From positions 18,724,001 through 18,788,000 of the forward strand of contig OZ210885.1 in assembly GCA_964658305.1 (NCBI GenBank): a DNA stretch of 64,000 nt, read 5' to 3'. Below the pieces are notes generated by a model that was not told the origin of the DNA, did no database searches, and was given only the letters and a program-made list of their open reading frames with translations. This document shows positions 56,212 through 64,000 of the stretch, in pieces (the first letter of the stretch is position 1; the number at the start of each line of letters is the position of its first letter). Made by a program: the position numbers and the translations under genes. Origin of the DNA: Leptogorgia sarmentosa. Taxonomy: Eukaryota.

Positions 56212-59200
56212 TGTTGAGGTAACTCAACACCTCCGGCCAGCGGAGTCGCGCATTTCCGGCGCAGTTTGAGGGATTTGTTCAATGTGTTTTGGAGTTTATA
56301 TTGTTTATGCTGTAAGAAAACGTGTTTGGGGATTATTGACATTCGGTAAGACATTGAGGGTTTTGTATGTATTCTGTCCTGTGTGTAAATACTGTTGTGT
56401 GTTGTGGGTATGTCTGATGTAGTTTTTAAATGAATGAAATTTATATTTGTTAGAATAAAACAGAGCGTTTGAGCTGTCACATTCGGGTCAAAAGAAAATA
56501 AACACTGTACATCAGCAAGAAAGACGTATAGGTCGGATGCGCCTATACATAGTTTTATTCGAATGATCAGCCGACCATTTGCGAGTTCTAGTCGAAGCAC
56601 TTAGAAATTCTGATGGTTTTCGCCCGATGTTCATTTAAGGATTGTAAACAAAGCTTTACGAAAACCTGGTATAGTCAAGTGAGTTATATTGTCGCATGAA
56701 TACTTGATTTGTGTTAAATGGATGAGCTACAATTTAAATAGCTCGACATTTTGGATATTTTCCTATAAATATTGGACATATTTGCAAACGTATATTTGAA
56801 ATGCACATATATTTGGTGATTTATTGGTAAAATGGACGGAGCCCTTGGGAACACACGACCACAGAGAGAACGCGTGGGACACGTTGCTGAGGATATTCTC
56901 TTTGAAAGGATGCACTCTGCAAAGAGAACAAGGGCAGGTTACTTGGGAGCTGTTACTCGTGTTCGTGGCCAAATAGAAGCCTTGTTAAATGATCCAGTTA
57001 ATGCCCAGACCGTTAGAACGCTCTCCCAGCAGTATGATAGCTCATGGGAAAGGTTTGTGGAGTCACACAACTATTATATGTCTATAGTCAGCTCGGGCAG
57101 TCAAGAGTTTTATCGTACCCTAGAACAGTTTGATCAGTTACACCTTGAAAAGATTTCCTTTGCTCAGGAAATTTCTGAGTACTTAGTCGATGCTGCAACC
57201 TATTTCAACGAAATAATCATGGAAAGCTCATACTCGCAAAGGGAACACGTACCATATGCCGAAAGCGCAATTTCTTATAGATCAAATATCTCTAGAGGGT
57301 CACAACATTCTTCAAGCCCCACAGTACTTGAAAAAAGAGCTCAAGCCGTAAAGGCCAATATAGCCCTGCACCTAGCTGAACAAGAGCAGTGGCGAAAGCT
57401 TGAAGGTGAAATAAAGCTTTTGGAGATTGAAAAGAAGCACAAAGAACTACTAAGACAACAAAGAATGGAAAAGGAAGAGATTGAACGAATTCAGAGATTG
57501 GAAACCTTAAGGCAACAATCTGAAAGAGAACTTGCTGAAGCCCGCCAAAGGGCAGCCCTTATGGACTTGGAAGGTCACCTAGAAGAACAAATGGAAGAAC
57601 AGGGGGAAATTGATATGAGGCTGATGACACAAGATCAAGAGAACATCCCAGCTGGTGGAGAGTTCACGGAAAGTATTCCAAGACCACTCATGTGTGATGA
57701 CTTCTTATTCGAAGAGGAACCACGCCCAAACTTGAGCAATGACCCAGCCCCTCCTGTCAAGCCATTTCACTCGACGCCTGTCGCGGCAGATCCATCTCCA
57801 TGGACACCCTGCCTGGTTAGCACAGCAAGTATCAGCTATCGGGTGCTAATGCCTGACGCTAACTGAAAGGGTGTTTCCCACGTAAGGCCTGATGTTCACC
57901 AATATTCCGACACTGTGTATTATAGGGATGGAATCCAAATACCCTTCAACTATACTCCACCTTGTCTACCCCCAGCTAGATGGACATCTGCTAGTGATGT
58001 CGCTGACCAGTCTCCAAGCTGGAACAATAGTAAGCTACCGTACTCTGGAGGTGAGAACCAAACACCTTTACCTGTTTACAAGCCAACCTGGGCCCCTTTG
58101 GAACCACTGCTGGAATGGCCCCTGGAACCATCGCCAAGATCTACAAGCGTAGTGAACCCACCACAAGACAACATTCTGACTATGGTAGCATCTGCAATGG
58201 AAAGTATTTCATCGGTCCAACAGAAATTAGCCTCCAACCAAAGCCTCCCTCCCATCAAGCTTGATAAGTTCTCTGGCTCTCCAGAAGAGTTCCCACTTTT
58301 TAAGCAAAGATTCGAAAGGCGCATAATGTCACGACAAGATTTCGACGATGGAGAGAAAATGATGTGACTGCTGCAATTTCTGGACGGTGAGGCGAAAGAA
58401 GCGGTCGCAAGTCTCGAGGCAGTTGAGGGTGGCATACATGAAGCCCTAAAAATTCTACAGAAGAGGTATGGTCGCACATGTGTAATTGTGAGTGCAATTG
58501 TATATGGTCTGGTAAAAGGACCTGTTATTTCAAATGGTGACAAGGCTGCACTTCGAAAGTTTGCAGACAAAACTGCAAGGGCTCTAGCTACATTAAAGTC
58601 TTTGAACTGCTTGCACGAAATAAATCAAGGGAACCTTGTGGAGATGGCTGGTCAACTGCCGAAACATCTGCAACAGAGATTTGCAGGCTTGGCAAACGAA
58701 CTTGAAGAGAAATATCAGCGCTCCTCGTCGTTAAGTGATTTTACCGCCTTCGTCGACAAATGGGCGAATATCGCGAACCACCCTTTGAATGCCAACAAGG
58801 GCAAAAATCAGGAGGGTGACCCCTCGAAAGGAGGTAGAAAAAAGAAGGAAGAACAGCCGCCGAAATATATGTTGGCAACTGGGGTTGGAAATGATCAGAA
58901 CTTTCCGAGCAAGAAGGTACCTCACGAAGCACCATGTCCTTGCTGCTCTCAAGCACACCCCCTGCATCGCTGTAACCGTTTCAAGGAAAAATCGCATGCT
59001 CAGAGGAACGAGTTCGTAAAGGCTAAAGGTTTGTGTTACAACTGTCTGAAGGACAATCCAGTTTTACAATCCGGTATCGCGATCAAACACGTTGCTAAGT
59101 GTCGCCCAAGCAAATTCAAGTGCAGAATTGAAGGATGTGGCGCATCACATCACACCTTGTTGCATATGCCAAACCAACTGAAAAAAGAGAGCGATAAAAT

Positions 59201-62200
59201 TTCTGCCCAAATGGACGGTTACGTGCAAGTCAAACCTGTCGACACAGCATTCCAGGAGGATTCTGACTCTGTCTTGCTACAAGTCGTCCCCTTGCGTGTA
59301 CTTGGAGAACAAGGGAAAGTCGTGACTACGTATGCCATGCTGGACTCCGGTTCGGAGATAACCCTGGTGGACCCCTCATTAGCATCGAGTCTGGGTTTAA
59401 AGGGCCAACCCGGTGAACTGGTCGTGTCCACTGTGAGCAATAACAATGATGTTCAGCATGGCTGTTGGGTAAATCTTTCTGTGGAATCCCTTATCGACAA
59501 TGAACCACGACGCCTGGAGCTGCGAACCGCTTGGTGCTGTAAAGATTTGAAGATACCGTTACGCCATCAACGAATGCGAAGCAACAAGCTACAATGGCCT
59601 CATCTCGAAGACGTGCCTTTCCCTGTTGTCCAGAAAGAAAAGATTTCTATTATCATTGGGACAAATGTTCCAGAAGCCTTTATTCCTCTGGATGTGCGGC
59701 ACAATGGTCCACGAGCCCCCGTCGCAATACGTTCCTGTCTCGGGTTTTCTATTCTGGGCCGCACTGGAGATGGTTCGAAACTGCAGCACTCAGCGGTTCA
59801 CAACATTTGCGCGGGAACGGATGATTTCACCCTTAACAAACAAGTTGAGTCGTTCTGGAAACTGGAATCATTGGGAAAAAACTGCAAGGGCTCTAGCTAC
59901 ATTAAAGTCTTTGAACTGCTTGCACGAAATAAATCAAGGGAACCTTGTGGAGATGGCTGGTCAACTGCCGAAACATCTGCAACAGAGATTTGCGGGCTTG
60001 GCAAACGAACTTGAAGAGAAATATCAGCGCTCCTTGTCGTTAAGTGATTTTACCGCCTTCGTCGACAAATGGGCGAATATCGCGAACGACTCTTTGAATG
60101 CCAACAAGGGCAAAAATCAGGAGGGTGACCCCTCGAAAGGAGGTAGAAAAAAGAAGGAAGAACAGCCGCCGAAATATATGTTGGCAACTGGGGTTGGAAA
60201 TGATCGGAACTTTCCGAGCAAGAAGGTACCTCACGAAGCACCATGTCCTTGCTGCTCTCAAGCACACCCCCTGCATCGCTGTAACCGTTTCAAGGAAAAA
60301 TCGCATGCTCAGAGGAACGAGTTCGTAAAGGCTAAAGGTTTGTGTTACAACTGTCTGAAGGACAATCCAGTTTTACAATCCGGTATCGCGATCAAACACG
60401 TTGCTAAGTGTCGCATAAGCAAATTCAAGTGCAGAATTGAAGGATGTGGCGCATCACATCACACCTTGTTGCATATGCCAAACCAACTGAAAAGAGAGCG
60501 ATAAAATTTCTGCCCAAATGGACGGTTACGTGCAAGTCAAAACCTGTCGACACAGCATTCCAGGAGGATTCTGACTCTGTCTTGCTACAAGTCGTCCTCT
60601 TGCGTGTACTTGGAGAACAAGGGAAAGTCGTGACTACGTATGCCATGCTGGACTCCGGTTCGGAGATAACCCTGGTGGACCCCTCATTAGCATCGAGTCT
60701 GGGTTTAAAGGGCCAACCCGGTGAACTGGTCGTGTCCACTGTGAGCAATAACAATGATGTTCAGCATGGCTGTCGGGTAAATCTTTCTGTGGAATCCCTT
60801 ATCGACAATGAACCACGACGCCTGGAGCTGCGAAACGCTTGGTGCTGTAAAGATTTGAAGATACCGTTACGCCATCAACGAATGCGAAGCAACAAGCTAC
60901 AATGGCCTCATCTCGAAGACGTGCCTTTCCCTGTTGTCCAGAAAGAAAAGATTTCTATTATCATTGGGACAAATGTTCCAGAAGCCTTTATTCCTCTGGA
61001 TGTGCGGCACAATGGTCCACAAGCCCCCGTCGCAATACGTTCCTGTCTCGGGTTTTCTATTCTGGGCCGCACTGGAGATGGTTCGAAACTGCAGCACTCA
61101 GCGGTTCACAACATTTGCGCGGGAACGGATGATTTCACCCTTAACAAACAAGTTGAGTCGTTCTGGAAACTGGAATCATTGGGAAGTGTCAGTTACAATT
61201 CTAAACCAAAGTCTGTAGAAGATAAACGGGCTGAGAAAGTAATAGAACGTACGATCGGAAAGGTTGATGGTCACTAGCAAATGGGACTGTTATGGAAGCA
61301 TGGTGACACACGACTCCCCGACAACCGGTCAGTAGCAGAGATACGCCTCCGACATCTCAGGCGTTGACTTGAACGAGATCAAAATTTAAAGAGAAAATAC
61401 CTGGCAATCATCGAAGACTATGTGGACAAGGGCTACGCCTGTAAGCGTACGCCGGAAGAGACCAAAACGAGAAGCGACAAGACCTGGTATCTACCACACC
61501 ATCCGGTCCTAAACCCTCGTAAGCCAGAGGAAGTTCGTGCCGTATTTGACGCAGCGTCAACCTTCGCAGGAACATCGCTGAATAATGAGCTCCTCCAAGG
61601 CCCAGATCTGACTAATAATCTGGTTGGTATCTTGATACGCTTCAGACAAGATCCGATCGCTCTTATTGCAGATATAGAGGCGATGTTCCACCAGGTAAGA
61701 GTAACCCCTGATGACTGCGATGCTCTTTGGTTCTCGTGGTTGGACTGTGATCTCGAAGGGCCCCCAGAAGAGTATAAGATGCTTGTCCACATCTTCGGCG
61801 CGAAAGTATCGCCTTGTTGTGCTAACAGGGCCCTGAAGCAGACTGCAGAGGACAACGAGACCAAATACGGTAAATTTGTGACGGACGTTGTCCGACGGAA
61901 CTTCTATGTGGACGACCTTTTGAAGTCAACCGTGACAGTGGAACAAGCCATTGAACTACCTTTGAAGTTGATAGCCCTCCTAAAGGAAGACGAAATTTCT
62001 TAGCAATCGAAGAGAGGTCCTGCAAGCAATTCCAGCCCGAGAGAGGGCATCCTCGACGCTTGACCTAGACCGGCTGCCGATTAACCGTACCCTGGGATTG
62101 AGTTGGGATGCAGAAACTGACAAATTCTACTTCACAACGATTTCCACCGACAAACCTGCAACGAAGCGAGGGATACTTTCAGTGATGAGCTCGTTGTTTG

Positions 62201-62375
62201 ACCCGTTGGGCTTTCTTGCTCCTTATGTTCTCCCTGTGAAGGTACTGCTTCAGGACCTTTGGCAACAGAAGGTGGGATGGGACGACAAGATACGTGACCA
62301 GCAACTCGGAGTCTGGCAGCGATGGCTCAATTCACTATCCCAACTGCCCGAAGTTAGGATTGCAAGATGCTATTT
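56212..62375 (+). mobile_element. Degenerate BEL/Pao element 2 (5' LTR, gag, protease, RT), interrupted
   Basis: TGTTGAGG start breaking PolB; LPPIKLDKFSG, three zinc knuckles, LDSGS, WYLPHHPV, LLQGPDL, YVDD, FDPLG. Several stops and frameshifts; LTR 3' edge not determined. Confidence 0.9.
58569..61185 (+). repeat. Tandem duplication of about 1309 bp of gag-protease
   Basis: 58569-59877 and 59878-61185 differ by roughly a dozen substitutions and two small indels. Confidence 0.97.
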
Positions 62376-63351
62376 TGTGGGAAATCGGTTTATATTTGGG
62401 GATAGTTAATTTATGCGATTCGTTGTGGGGGGTAAGAAAGAGAAAAAAAAAACACGAGGGAGAACGAGATCGGGACGTATTATTAGTGATTATTGTTGTT
62501 GTTTAAATTATCAAAAGTATTTGGCTTATTTACTCAAGCGGAGATTTCTTTCACAAATACATGTCTAGGGGGCACACAATTTGTGAAATGTGGCACCTCT
62601 GAGACGAGATTTTGCGAGAAATATATCGAATATAGTATCGTGTGGTGTTGTTGTTTTGAAGAGATGGCAGTTGAAACTAATGACGGGACGGCCGATTTAA
62701 GCGTTAAACTGAAGCAATTACTCATGACTTGCGGGAGAACGGGCACCGTGCTTCAGTCTGGGAAGAGCTCTGCTGTAAATCGACAGATAGAATCGCTAAA
62801 AGAGCTATTGAAAGAGGTTGAAAAATCGCGAGGTCGAGTTAGGGAAAATTACAGAAGGTGAAGAGGAAACGAGAATCGCAACATGGAATGACGAAATCGA
62901 ACAGAATTTAACGCAAGCGGACGAGAATATCAAATACTTGGAAAACTGGCTGCACAACTGTAAAATGGAAATGGAGCAACAGGCTCTCGAAGAGAAAATG
63001 AGATTCGAAATGAAACTGCACGAATCGAAATTAAAACTTGAAGTAGAACATAGGGAAAAGTTGGCAGAGGGAAAAACATCTAAGGAAGCGGGCTCATCAC
63101 AAGTGGAAGCGAAACTACCCAAGTTGGTTATATTGAAATTTAACGGAAATTTTATGGATTGGCAGAGGTTTTGAGGGCAGTTTACGGAATCAATAGAAAA
63201 ATCGGGATTGGCAAGCATCGCTAAATTTTCCTACATGAAAGAGCTTTTAGGGGATGAAGTGAGACGTGAAGTGGACTCGTTGCCATTCACGGCGGAAGGT
63301 TATAATCGGGCGAGAGCGATACTGAGCGAGAAATATGGAAAAGAGTCAGAT
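62376..63351 (+). mobile_element. BEL/Pao element 3 (5' LTR + partial gag)
   Basis: TGTGGGAAATC start breaking element 2 after RIARCYF; gag AKLPKLVILKFNG...WQRF*GQF...LPFTAEGYNRA, related to the 30.5-36.2 kb gag. Confidence 0.85.
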
Positions 63352-64000
63352 TAGTCCAGCTGTTAACGACCAAAAAAATGCTGAATTGTTCACTTTGATG
63401 ATAAAAGCATGAAACTTTGCCACATTACTAACATCTTAAGTACTAACATTTTTGGATATGGAGCCAAACGAAATTCACTTATGCTAACGAGTAATGCGCA
63501 TGTCATAAAATACTCAACATGGAAACGAGGCTGCTTTAATAACCCTAATTTGGGCCGTTTTTTTAAAGATTTTTTTCCCGAAATTTTTCTCATATTAATA
63601 TATCAGCCATGTTCTTCACTCTGAAATGTAAAGTATTGTCATGTGACCTATTTCCTGGAAATTAAAGAAATACACGTAGTGCATGCCTGGGATACTGTGG
63701 CAAGCTTGAAAATGTGTGGTTTTAATTTTTTAAAGATCAAATTTGGTGCTTTAAATATTTTAGGAGCATTCCAAAGTAAAAATATAAGACAATGGCAAAA
63801 CAGCTACAAGTTACTATATTGCTCACCACTGCGCATGCGCTGAAATGTTGCAAATGAAAAAAAAGAGACAAATCGGTAAAAAGAAGCAAATTTGTCATAT
63901 GAAAATAATACAACATATACTATACATAGTTATATTTGCACATAACTATCTCTTTTGCGATCTCTCTGTCAAATTCATCGATCGGCAATCTGTTCTTTTC
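63352..64000. mobile_element. End of a probable DNA transposon (TAGTCC terminus, Academ-like)
   Basis: gag stops abruptly at TAGTCCAGCTG, the same first six bases as the Academ at 20171; non-coding sequence follows. Confidence 0.4.

Overview
AT-rich eukaryotic DNA (spliceosomal GT-AG introns; element repertoire suggests a marine invertebrate, probably a cnidarian - inference only) made almost entirely of nested transposons; no conventional host gene, rRNA, tRNA or CRISPR array was found. Left to right: a spliced + strand gene (zinc ribbon, Ser/Thr heptad repeats, TNP1-like tail) split by a CR1/L2-type LINE that has a 2A-like DIELNPGP motif and itself contains a 1-kb hAT-like element with a 5-bp TSD; a full-length EnSpm/CACTA element; LINE debris; a minus-strand KDZ (CxC) transposase gene scattered over 29 kb. 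One KDZ intron holds Academ > IS3EU-type element (transposase plus an apparently intact CUE-HECT E3 ligase) > young intact BEL/Pao retrotransposon. One KDZ exon holds a Zator-like element with SAM/NAB-like, homeodomain-like and PHD modules. The right end is a deleted Polinton/Maverick with intact capsid and protease genes, then two successive BEL/Pao insertions and a further DNA-element end. TIRs, LTRs, TSDs and splice phases were read by eye; domain names come from motif recognition and need HMM confirmation.
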